This document shows, piece after piece, positions 48,264 to 56,665 of a stretch of DNA of 64,000 bases (positions are counted from its first letter, which is position 1; each line of letters begins with the position of its first letter). A program made the translations under genes and the position numbers. The notes beneath the pieces were generated by a model. It ran no database searches, was not told where the DNA came from, and worked only from the letters and a program-made list of their open reading frames with translations. Source of the stretch: an uncultured Nitrospiraceae bacterium (GTDB taxonomy: Bacteria; Nitrospirota; Nitrospiria; Nitrospirales; Nitrospiraceae); the NCBI GenBank assembly GCA_963706325.1, contig CAVPLT010000001.1:576001-640000 (forward strand), in the 5' to 3' direction.

Positions 48264-49511
48264 TCATCGATCGCATTCCCCCATGACGATATCGTAGGTG
48301 CCGAAGATCGTCACGGCGTCGGCAATCATGTAGCCTCTCGACATATGATCGAATGCCCCCATATGGATAAATGAGGGAGCCCTGATTTTTAGTCGGTACG
48401 GCTTTCCGCCGCCCGTGCTGACGATATAGAAACCCAACTCACCTTTGTGCGCCTCAGTTCCGCAATAGATTTCTCCCGGGGGGGCGTTAAATCCTTGCGA
48501 GAACAATTTGAACTGCTGAATCATGGCTTCCAGGTTGGTGAACACCCGTGCCTTGGGAGGAAGGGTCACGCTGGGGACATCGGCCATAATCGGCCCCTCT
48601 TGGATTTGCTCCAAGCACTGGCGGATGATCTTGACGCTCTCATACAGCTCTTGTACGCGTATCCAATACCGATCGTAGGTGTCGCCGTTCTTCCCAACCG
48701 GGACACTGAACTCGCATCTTGGGTAAGCGGAGTAGGGTTCGTATTTGCGAAGGTCGTAATCGACACCTGATCCGCGGAGCGTCGGTCCGCTTAACCCAAA
48801 ACTCAAGGCATCCTCAGCGGAAATGACTGCCACGCCTTTCGTCCGCGCGAGCCAGATGCGGTTCTTCTCCAGGAAGATCACATATTCATCGATCTTGGGT
48901 GGGAAGTAATCCAGAAACTGCTTGAGTTTGGCGAACAGAGACGGCGTGAAGTCCCGCTCGACCCCGCCGATACGATACCAACTGGTCGTCAGACGCGCGC
49001 CGCAGAGTTCATCAAACCAGTCCAGCAGAATTTCCCGATCTCGAAAGCAATAAAAAAAGACGGTCATTGCACCGATATCGAGCGCTTGCGTGCCAAGCCA
49101 GAATTGGTGTCCGATTATGCGCTGGATTTCTGCGACGATGGTGCGCAGGTACTCGGCGCGGTCCGGCACCGTGATGTTCATCAATTTTTCGACGGCGCGA
49201 CAATACGCAAAGTTGTTGTACATTGCGCACACGTAGTCGAGGCGGTCGGTGTGCGGAATAAACTGATGATAGGTCCCTTCCTCTGCCAGCTTTTCCACTC
49301 CACGATGGAGAAAGCCCATCACCGGCGTCGATTTGACCAGCCGCTCACCTTCTAGTTCGAGAATGACCTTGAGTACTCCGTGCGTGCTGGGATGCTGCGG
49401 TCCCATGTTCAGCAGGAGCTCTTCAGTCCGGAGGGTCGGAAGCGTCGTGCTTTCGGGATGCTCGGGGTCGACTTTATAGACTGTTGTTCGTTGGTCTTCG
49501 AATTGTGCCAT
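48264..49511 (-). CDS. nuoD: NADH-quinone oxidoreductase subunit D
   Basis: NMGPQHPSTHGVL, LHRGVEK, RLDY and C-terminal DIVMGECDR. Confidence 0.97.
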   Translation of the reverse strand: MAQFEDQRTTVYKVDPEHPESTTLPTLRTEELLLNMGPQHPSTHGVLKVILELEGERLVKSTPVMGFLHRGVEKLAEEGTYHQFIPHTDRLDYVCAMYNNFAYCRAVEKLMNITVPDRAEYLRTIVAEIQRIIGHQFWLGTQALDIGAMTVFFYCFRDREILLDWFDELCGARLTTSWYRIGGVERDFTPSLFAKLKQFLDYFPPKIDEYVIFLEKNRIWLARTKGVAVISAEDALSFGLSGPTLRGSGVDYDLRKYEPYSAYPRCEFSVPVGKNGDTYDRYWIRVQELYESVKIIRQCLEQIQEGPIMADVPSVTLPPKARVFTNLEAMIQQFKLFSQGFNAPPGEIYCGTEAHKGELGFYIVSTGGGKPYRLKIRAPSFIHMGAFDHMSRGYMIADAVTIFGTYDIVMGECDR

Positions 49512-49539
49512 GCTCGTTCAGTGGCCCGGTGAAAGTTGC

Positions 49540-50040
49540 CTAACGGGCCGGTTCGTCCAAGAACTCGAATGTATCGCGCCACCCTCTGCCGCGGAGCGGA
49601 AAATCTTTGCGCAGCGGGTATCCTTCTTCGTACTCGTCAGGCATCAAAATGCGGCGAAGGTCCGGGTGGTTGCGGAAGCGGATCCCCATCATGTCGTACA
49701 CTTCGCGCTCCATAAAATCGGCCCCCTTCCAAAGGTCGGTCAAGGATTCCACAACGGCATCCATTTCTGGAACCCGTGTTTTGAGACGAATACGCTGACG
49801 GGTTCGAATGGAATAGAATTCATAGACCACCTCGAAGCGCTCCTCGTCATCCGGCCAGTCCACCGAGCTTACGTGGACAATATAATCAAATTGTAAGGAA
49901 GGTTCGTCCCTCAAAAACTTGGCCACATCGTGCAACGCTTCTCTCTTCACAGTCACGGCAAGATCGCCTCGCCACTCCGCTGCTTTGAGGCAGGCGTGGG
50001 GAAAGGTGTCTTGAATTCTTGTGGCTAGGTGACTCATCAA
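49540..50040 (-). CDS. nuoC: NADH-quinone oxidoreductase subunit C
   Basis: EREVYDMMGI.F.NHPDLRRILM and YPLRKDFP motifs. Confidence 0.96.
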   Translation of the reverse strand: MMSHLATRIQDTFPHACLKAAEWRGDLAVTVKREALHDVAKFLRDEPSLQFDYIVHVSSVDWPDDEERFEVVYEFYSIRTRQRIRLKTRVPEMDAVVESLTDLWKGADFMEREVYDMMGIRFRNHPDLRRILMPDEYEEGYPLRKDFPLRGRGWRDTFEFLDEPAR

Positions 50041-50054
50041 CTCTCTTGTGCCCG

Positions 50055-50582
50055 TCAGACCTTCAGCGCGTCTTTGACTTCTTTGGGTTGGGTGAGGAAT
50101 ACGCGTTTTTGCATGATGCGCTCTTGGAGTTTCAGAATGCCATCAAATAGGGCCTCTGGAGTCGGGGGGCACCCTGGCACGTAAATATCGACGGGCACGA
50201 ATCGATCGACTCCCTGCACCACGCTATAGCTGTCGTAAATGTTGCCTGATGTGGCGCAGGACCCCATAGCGATCACATACTTCGGTTCTGGCATCTGGTC
50301 ATAAATTTTGCGAATTACCGGAGCCATCCGACGACACACGGTTCCGGCGACGATCATCAGATCAGATTGTCGGGGGGAAGCTCGGAACACTCCAGCTCCA
50401 TATCGATCCATGTCATACCGCGACGAGACGGCGGCGATCATTTCGATGGCGCAACAAGCCAGGCCAAATGTCATGGGCCACAACGAACCCTTCCTGGCCC
50501 AGTTGACGGCCTTCTCGACCGTCAAGGTAATCACATCGGGACTGCCGTCTTTATCATGGCCTCCCAGTTGAATTAATCCCAT
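50055..50582 (-). CDS. nuoB: NADH-quinone oxidoreductase subunit B
   Basis: [22 protein letters not shown] and YVPGCPP motifs. Confidence 0.97.
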   Translation of the reverse strand: MGLIQLGGHDKDGSPDVITLTVEKAVNWARKGSLWPMTFGLACCAIEMIAAVSSRYDMDRYGAGVFRASPRQSDLMIVAGTVCRRMAPVIRKIYDQMPEPKYVIAMGSCATSGNIYDSYSVVQGVDRFVPVDIYVPGCPPTPEALFDGILKLQERIMQKRVFLTQPKEVKDALKV

Positions 50583-50956
50583 TCCAGAGCTCCTTTTTGC
50601 CAAGCATAGGCATAGGCAACGAGGAAGAGTCCAATGAAGATCAGCATTTCCACGAGACCGATAAGACCGATCTTGTTGAAAACGATGGCCCATGGATAGA
50701 GAAAGATGACTTCCACATCGAAAATGACGAACAGCATGGCAAAGATGTAGTACCGAACAGGAAATGGCATCCGAGCATCAGAAAACGGTTCAGATCCGCA
50801 CTCATAGGTGGACAATTTTTCCGGCTCGGGATACTTCGGTTGAACGAAATAGCTGATCAATAGGGTGCCCGCGCCAAACACAAACGCGATGAACACGAAC
50901 AGCAAAATTGGAAAATATCGGCTCAGGTACTCTAGGAGGAGCTCGGAACCGGTCAT
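50573..50956 (-). CDS. nuoA: NADH-quinone oxidoreductase subunit A
   Basis: YECG, FVIFDVE..FLYPWA and KGALEW motifs. Confidence 0.97.
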   Translation of the reverse strand: MTGSELLLEYLSRYFPILLFVFIAFVFGAGTLLISYFVQPKYPEPEKLSTYECGSEPFSDARMPFPVRYYIFAMLFVIFDVEVIFLYPWAIVFNKIGLIGLVEMLIFIGLFLVAYAYAWQKGALEWD

Positions 50957-51431
50957 GGGTTCGAACCTCAATGGGTTTGAGGGCTATAAAGAGGTCGGAA
51001 TCTTAGCCCTGGCCTATTTTTAATAGCAAGCGCACAAAGGACCTAGGGGTCTTTAGTCCCGAAAGTCCTAGAAAGTGAATACTGTCCAGCAGTTAGAAGC
51101 GAGGCCGATTATGGTCATGCGCGAGTGCGAAGTGCCGTGTTTTTGGGTGTCAGAGCTGATGTTTCTGCGGGCGATCGGTTATTCGCGGACCGTGGCATCA
51201 TCTTGTTGGACGGAGTTCTCAGATCGCTTGGTGGGGATCCGGCACTGATATCCCATTCAGATGCCATGGGCGTTTCGGTCAGAACCTTGGTTCTGCGAGG
51301 CATTTGGGTGTTGATTCGACGTTTATCCGTTCCCATATTGCACCTCACGTAGCGCCACGTCACGATGGTTATTCTACCGAGCTTCACATCAGTAATAGAA
51401 GCCACGATAGCATCTGCTGCGCACAGCAATC

Positions 51432-51484
51432 AAACGGTCCAGCGCTGGACCGTTTCTTGACAACCCCCTGCTGTTTGCTAAGGT
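51432..51484 (+). promoter_or_regulatory. Perfect 24-bp palindrome abutting a sigma70-like promoter
   Basis: AAACGGTCCAGC-GCTGGACCGTTT (51432-51455), TTGACA (51457-51462) and TGC-TAAGGT (extended -10-like, 51476-51484), upstream of the ORF at 51518. Confidence 0.55.
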
Positions 51485-51517
51485 TGCTACAGGCAAACCC
51501 TCCGAGGTGAGACCAAC

Positions 51518-53080
51518 ATGAGGACATTACCTATGCGCGCCAGTCTGATCATCCTATCTTGCAGTTTCGCGGCCATCACGGCCATGTCAGCCCATGCGCA
51601 GGATGCCCAAAGCGTGCGGTTGGGGGAATCGGCTTTGACTTTTTCCGCAGGCTCGATTCGCCAAGAGATGCCTTTGGAGGGTGTCGTAAATGTAATTACC
51701 GGGGACAATCAGCTTTCCGGCAATCGAATGATGGTCGGCTGGACCGGGACGGATGCGCTGTATCTCAAATTGAACAATCCGGGAGACGCGGCCCTGGGGG
51801 ATCTCTATACCGTGTACCGGCGCTCACGCAAGGTGTTTCACCCCATCACCAAACAGTACCTAGGCTATATCATCAATCGGTTGGGTGTAGTGGAGGTCAT
51901 TCAATTAGACTCCAAGGTGGTTGGTGTGCGAGTGGTTCGTTCATTTGCTCCATTCTCCCCTGGAGATCCGGTCATGCGGTTTGCTCCGCCTTCTGTGGAA
52001 AGTACGGTTGATGTCTCTTTGCCGGCGATTGATGTCGAGGCCATGGTTGTCGAGTTGCAGTCCGACAAGAATATGTCGCTCGTGTCGCAAGGGAATCTGG
52101 TGTACCTAGACAAGGGGCAAGAAGACGGTCTCCGTCCTGGCGACGGCCTGGAAGTGTTCCGTACGGGCGGCGGACTCCCTGAGAGGAGAATCGGCGAAGT
52201 GAAGATTCTTTCGACAGAGCCTCATACGTCTGCAGCGGTAGTATCTAAAGCGACGGCTCGGGTTCTGATCGGCGATCGCCTTCGGTCTACGCACACGTCA
52301 ATTCAGGCAATGCCATCTTCTGATGGTGCGGATTTCGATACTCCCGCTGCGACCGTAAAGCCGGTGTTGGCTGGGAACACGGGAAGTGCTTCGTCTCTCC
52401 CCAGCGAGTCTCGCCCAATAGGCAAGGTGCGGATCGACTATACTCCTGGGGGCACCAAGATTAATCTCGATGATCTGGCTGATCAACTAGAGTATGAGTC
52501 CGGCGAAGTGAAAATAAAGCCTGCTGCGATGCCGATTCTTGAGCAATTGACAGATTTCTTAACCACTGCGGCCGCGCATCAGCAAATTCGGGTAGAGGGG
52601 CACTCCGATAACATGGAGATTGGTCCAACACTGAAGGGACAGTTTCCGACGAATTGGGAATTGTCTAAAGCGCGTGCAGCCGAAATCGTCCGGTATCTGA
52701 TTCAGAAGGGCGGGATGGATTCTGCAAAGCTTTCGGCTGTGGGCTATGGAGCGAGTCGCCCGGTTGGAAGCAATGCAACCGACGAAGGCCGAAAGAAGAA
52801 CCGCCGCATCGAAGTTGTTCTCGAGTCGACGGAAGAAGCTTCGCCGTCGCAGCTAGTTAAGACGCCGTTAGGTCATCTCCAGCGGAAACCAGCCCAAGTA
52901 AGTCTTAACGACGGGGGCCTGGCAACTGCCGAGGCAGCAGCTGTCGTACCCGTATCCTCATCGCCGATAGGAGCCGCCTCCTCGGAGGCTGGGAGTGACC
53001 ATGCCGCTACTTCTGCGGAAATGCCAACACCGGCTTCGGCTGCCGGAGATGACCTGCCCTCGCCCCCGCCTGGGTTGTAA
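51518..53080 (+). CDS. Secreted protein with FlgT_C/TsaP-like beta domains and a MotB/OmpA peptidoglycan-binding domain
   Basis: GAGGT RBS, signal peptide, VYLDKG..DGL.PGD.LEVFR, IRVEGHSDN, TNWELSKARA, GYG and NRRIE. Confidence 0.85.
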   Translation: MRTLPMRASLIILSCSFAAITAMSAHAQDAQSVRLGESALTFSAGSIRQEMPLEGVVNVITGDNQLSGNRMMVGWTGTDALYLKLNNPGDAALGDLYTVYRRSRKVFHPITKQYLGYIINRLGVVEVIQLDSKVVGVRVVRSFAPFSPGDPVMRFAPPSVESTVDVSLPAIDVEAMVVELQSDKNMSLVSQGNLVYLDKGQEDGLRPGDGLEVFRTGGGLPERRIGEVKILSTEPHTSAAVVSKATARVLIGDRLRSTHTSIQAMPSSDGADFDTPAATVKPVLAGNTGSASSLPSESRPIGKVRIDYTPGGTKINLDDLADQLEYESGEVKIKPAAMPILEQLTDFLTTAAAHQQIRVEGHSDNMEIGPTLKGQFPTNWELSKARAAEIVRYLIQKGGMDSAKLSAVGYGASRPVGSNATDEGRKKNRRIEVVLESTEEASPSQLVKTPLGHLQRKPAQVSLNDGGLATAEAAAVVPVSSSPIGAASSEAGSDHAATSAEMPTPASAAGDDLPSPPPGL

Positions 53081-53090
53081 GCGACTCTAG

Positions 53091-53125
53091 CCGCCGGCAC
53101 CGTCCCGGTGCCGGCGGTCCTTGTT
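53091..53125 (+). terminator. Putative intrinsic terminator
   Basis: CCGCCGGCACCG-tcc-CGGTGCCGGCGG 12-bp stem 10 nt after the stop codon, with a weak U-tract. Confidence 0.55.
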
Positions 53126-53248
53126 TGGTGTCTCTCGCTTCCCTTCATCGCCTCGATGCACCCATAAACTGTTCTAGCGCAATGTGATTCGGAGGGCACT
53201 CTTGGACTCCGTCATTGTTGCTCCGATCCGGTGTTGCTAGAATGGCGC

Positions 53249-55627
53249 ATGCTCAACCAGTGCCCATCTGTGTCTCCTACGATTCCGCCTCCTGCTTGTC
53301 CGGCCTATGTTGACGTGGTGTTGCCTCTCCGACTCCATCGGCACTTTACCTATCTGGTCCCGTCAGAACTCCAGGGCAAAGTAGCGGTGGGACAGTCTGT
53401 GATCGTTCCATTTGGAGCCCAAGATCTTCACGGCCTTGTCATTGCAGTCCATCCCCGCCTTCCGCCCGGTGCGCCGCATCGTGGAATTAAACCCATCCGT
53501 TCGCTCGCCGAGGCATGTTCAGACGAACAACTCACAGTTCATCAAATAGAATTGAGCCGTTGGATAGCCGAACGATACGCCGCTCCATGGGGGCAATGTA
53601 TCAAGCTTGTATCGCCTCCACTCGGTCAGGTGGGCCGGAATCAGGTACGGTATCTCATATCGGAGCAAGGGCTGGCCAGCCTGTCGGCTGGGGAAGATAT
53701 CGGAGACTTGGACAGGCAACTGCTCTTGCGCCTCGCTCGGCGTCCTAAAGGCCTCACCGCGGCTACTCTCACGCAAGGCACTCAGACTTCGGTGATGCGA
53801 ACGATACAGGTGCTGATCCGAAAAGGATTACTCCTTCGCCTGGATGAGCCGGCGATCCCGCGACCTAGTCGCAGCGAGAAGTCGTCGGTCAGTGCAGCCA
53901 GCCAGGCTTTTTCCAGGAAGATGGCCTTCGACGGGACAGCGCATCCGCCGGTCGAAGCAGCCTCCTGGCCGGCTACGGTGCGGGAGTTGCTCTTGCGGGA
54001 TGCCTACGCTTCCTTGCTGGTTCAGGCGAATGGTGACACGAGACTGTGGTGTCTGGTGCAGGCCGTTCAGGAGACCCTTCGTCGTGGGCGGCGGGTGTTG
54101 GTCATCACAGGTGACGTCGAGCATGCGAATCGATTGACCGAGGCCCTTGCAGTCACCGGACAGCACCCGTTGCTGTTGCATAGCGGCCTGACGGCGAGAA
54201 GCCGCGCCGCGGTATGGTCGTCGGCGCACAACCCTTCCGCGACGATCGTGGTCGGCACCCGCCTAGCCGCTTTCGCGCCGATTGAGCGATTGGGACTCGT
54301 GTGGGTGGAGGGCGAAGATGACGCCTCGCTCAAAGAGGAGCAGGTGCCTCGCTACCATGCCCGAGAGGTGGCACGTCGGCGTGCAGTCTGCGATGGGGGG
54401 CTGTTGGTCTTGGGCTCAAGCCATCCTTCGCTGGAGAGCTGGTCGGCGGTTCGGCAAGGCGAGACGGCGGCGTATGTTTATCGTGATCTGATGGCTTATC
54501 CGAGCGTTCGGGTCATCGATCAGAAGGACTACGCATTCGCGTCTGTGCCGGGAACGAGCTTGTCGCCTCCTCTCTGTGACGGCCTCCGCGAGGCCTTGCG
54601 TCAGAATGCCCTGGCAGTTGTGTATCTGAATCGAAAAGGGTTTGCGACGGTCCTGCATTGTGAAGATTGCGGCGCCATGCCGCGATGCGATGTCTGTAGC
54701 GTCACGCTGTCCTTTTACAAACGCAGCAACCATATGCGGTGTCACTACTGTGGGCGGACGAAACCCGTCCCTGATCATTGCAGCCAATGCCGATCTCTCA
54801 AATTGGAGCTGGTAGGTTCGGGCACGGAGCGGATCGAGGAAGCGGTTCGGCGGATGTTTCCTCAGGCGCGTGTGGGTCGTGTGGACGGCGAGACGATCCG
54901 CCGTCCAGCCGATGCGCGAGCGCTCCGTCGTGTGCTTGCCGCAGGCGATCTTGATATTGTGATCGGCACGCAAATGTTGTTTCGATTGGGTCTCCGTTCG
55001 GTAGCGGCTTTCGTGGCCGTGCCGGATGCGGATGCCGCACTCCATATCCCCGATTTTCGCTCGGCAGAGCGGATGTACCATAGTCTTGTCGACGCAGCCG
55101 AGCTGGCTCGCCCTGCTCACGCGGGAGGAGAGATCATAGTCCAGACTCGCTTCCCCGATCATCCTGCGATGTTGGCATTAACTCAGGGAGATGATGCGCT
55201 CTTTCTCGACTCCGAACTGATGTTGCGGCAGCTGCTCTCCTATCCACCGCATACACATCTCGTACGGCTGGATGTGACTGGTACGATTGAGCCAGTGGTA
55301 GCTCAAGCGGCCGATCGCTGGACGACGCTGTTACGGGCGCAGGTAGCCGGCTCCGAGCCTGTAGACTCTAACGACAGACGGCGGACGATGGCGGCTCAGC
55401 GGCTTACGGGTGTGGGCGGAGAGGGAAGGGAGCCCGTCATCTTGGGACCGTCTCCCGCGCCGCACGCCATGGCGAGAGGCCGGTACTGTTGGCAGATTCT
55501 GATTAAGGCGGTATCTCTTAAGTCGGCAACGGAGATCGTTGCCCTGACGCTCGCTGTGGTTGAACGAGGACCACGGCGAGGTGCTCTTAGGTTTGATATC
55601 GATGTTGATCCGGTCACGATGGGGTGA
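53249..55627 (+). CDS. priA: Primosomal protein N' (PriA) homologue with degenerate helicase motifs
   Basis: N-terminal 3'BD (FTYLVP..G..V.VPFG), LHSGL, VVGTR.A.FAP, RYHAREVA, LNRKGF, eight-Cys CRR, GTERIEE, GTQM, PDFRSAER, GPSPAP and IDVDP. Confidence 0.88.
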   Translation: MLNQCPSVSPTIPPPACPAYVDVVLPLRLHRHFTYLVPSELQGKVAVGQSVIVPFGAQDLHGLVIAVHPRLPPGAPHRGIKPIRSLAEACSDEQLTVHQIELSRWIAERYAAPWGQCIKLVSPPLGQVGRNQVRYLISEQGLASLSAGEDIGDLDRQLLLRLARRPKGLTAATLTQGTQTSVMRTIQVLIRKGLLLRLDEPAIPRPSRSEKSSVSAASQAFSRKMAFDGTAHPPVEAASWPATVRELLLRDAYASLLVQANGDTRLWCLVQAVQETLRRGRRVLVITGDVEHANRLTEALAVTGQHPLLLHSGLTARSRAAVWSSAHNPSATIVVGTRLAAFAPIERLGLVWVEGEDDASLKEEQVPRYHAREVARRRAVCDGGLLVLGSSHPSLESWSAVRQGETAAYVYRDLMAYPSVRVIDQKDYAFASVPGTSLSPPLCDGLREALRQNALAVVYLNRKGFATVLHCEDCGAMPRCDVCSVTLSFYKRSNHMRCHYCGRTKPVPDHCSQCRSLKLELVGSGTERIEEAVRRMFPQARVGRVDGETIRRPADARALRRVLAAGDLDIVIGTQMLFRLGLRSVAAFVAVPDADAALHIPDFRSAERMYHSLVDAAELARPAHAGGEIIVQTRFPDHPAMLALTQGDDALFLDSELMLRQLLSYPPHTHLVRLDVTGTIEPVVAQAADRWTTLLRAQVAGSEPVDSNDRRRTMAAQRLTGVGGEGREPVILGPSPAPHAMARGRYCWQILIKAVSLKSATEIVALTLAVVERGPRRGALRFDIDVDPVTMG

Positions 55628-55634
55628 AACGCTT

Positions 55635-56066
55635 TCAACTGCGGATTCGTTTCTTTTTGTTCCGTAGCGAGGTCAGTTCTGGTTTCGGTGAAATGACTGG
55701 GGTGTTCGCCTCACGAACACGTTTGAACAGTCCGAAGGCAAATGTGACCCAGAAGACTGAGGAAAAGAGGCCAAAGAGGACGGCATTCAGAATCGTTCCC
55801 ATCTGTGCCTCGGTCGGCTGCTCCCCTCCCATCCGAATTTGAATCATGGTCACAATCGGCCAGGTCATGCTTTCAATCCCCAGTCCCAATGTGGTCCAAG
55901 CCCAGATGGCTCCGATGCTGCGTCCCCGCCACCACAGAAACGTCGTGGCGCCTGTGACAAAGATCAGCGTCCAGATTGGGGCCAACTGTTCCCACATTAC
56001 GAACGCCCCGACGGCGACGACAATTCCACCCAGTAGCGCGTGTAGGTGCGGAGTCCACCACATCAT
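55635..56066 (-). CDS. Membrane protein, hypothetical
   Basis: About four hydrophobic segments and a basic tail. Confidence 0.75.
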   Translation of the reverse strand: MMWWTPHLHALLGGIVVAVGAFVMWEQLAPIWTLIFVTGATTFLWWRGRSIGAIWAWTTLGLGIESMTWPIVTMIQIRMGGEQPTEAQMGTILNAVLFGLFSSVFWVTFAFGLFKRVREANTPVISPKPELTSLRNKKKRIRS

Positions 56067-56185
56067 ATGATCATTTCTTCCTGGCGAGGAAAACGTAAAG
56101 ATGGTTAGTCTGCGGATCGGTCGGCAGGAAGTCAATGCGGCCCATTGCAGGGGGGTGAACGCGATCAGTACAGGTCGGGCGCTAG

Positions 56186-56557
56186 TCAGCGGGCAATCTC
56201 GGTGTGGACGGCATCCAGGAGCTGTTGCATCTCAAAAGGTTTCTGAAGGGTACGGCGAGCGCCGAGCATCCTGGCCACATCGAGAAAGTTCAAGATGCCA
56301 ATCATATCGCTGCCACCGGTAATGGCCATGATTCTCGCCTCTGGAAATTCTTGGCGGAGGGTCAAGATGCTTTCAAGCCCGTCCTGGTCAGGCATGAGGA
56401 TGTCCATGATCACCAAGTCTGTTGGTGATTGGCGATATCGAGTCAGCCCTTCTTTACCGTTCGAGGCCTCATGGACGTGGTAACCGGCTTGCTTCAATGT
56501 TTCATAGATGAGTCGGCGGATCGCCTCCTCGTCGTCCACGATTAAGACAGATGGCAT
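56186..56557 (-). CDS. Single-domain response regulator
   Basis: VLIVDDE, IMDILMPDQDG, ITGG and QKPF motifs, with a GAGGA RBS. Confidence 0.92.
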   Translation of the reverse strand: MPSVLIVDDEEAIRRLIYETLKQAGYHVHEASNGKEGLTRYRQSPTDLVIMDILMPDQDGLESILTLRQEFPEARIMAITGGSDMIGILNFLDVARMLGARRTLQKPFEMQQLLDAVHTEIAR

Positions 56558-56665
56558 AACATTCCTCGCAACTGTCCTCAAGTGTGAAATTCGAGATGTC
56601 AGAGCGCGACGTGTATGAGTTGGTTGCCGTGGGTAATCGGATTGCGTCCCACGGTTATGGTGAAT

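Noticed and set aside
51115..51429. ORFs on both strands between nuoA and the OmpA-domain gene
   Set aside because: No convincing RBS or recognisable protein features, so the region is treated as intergenic.
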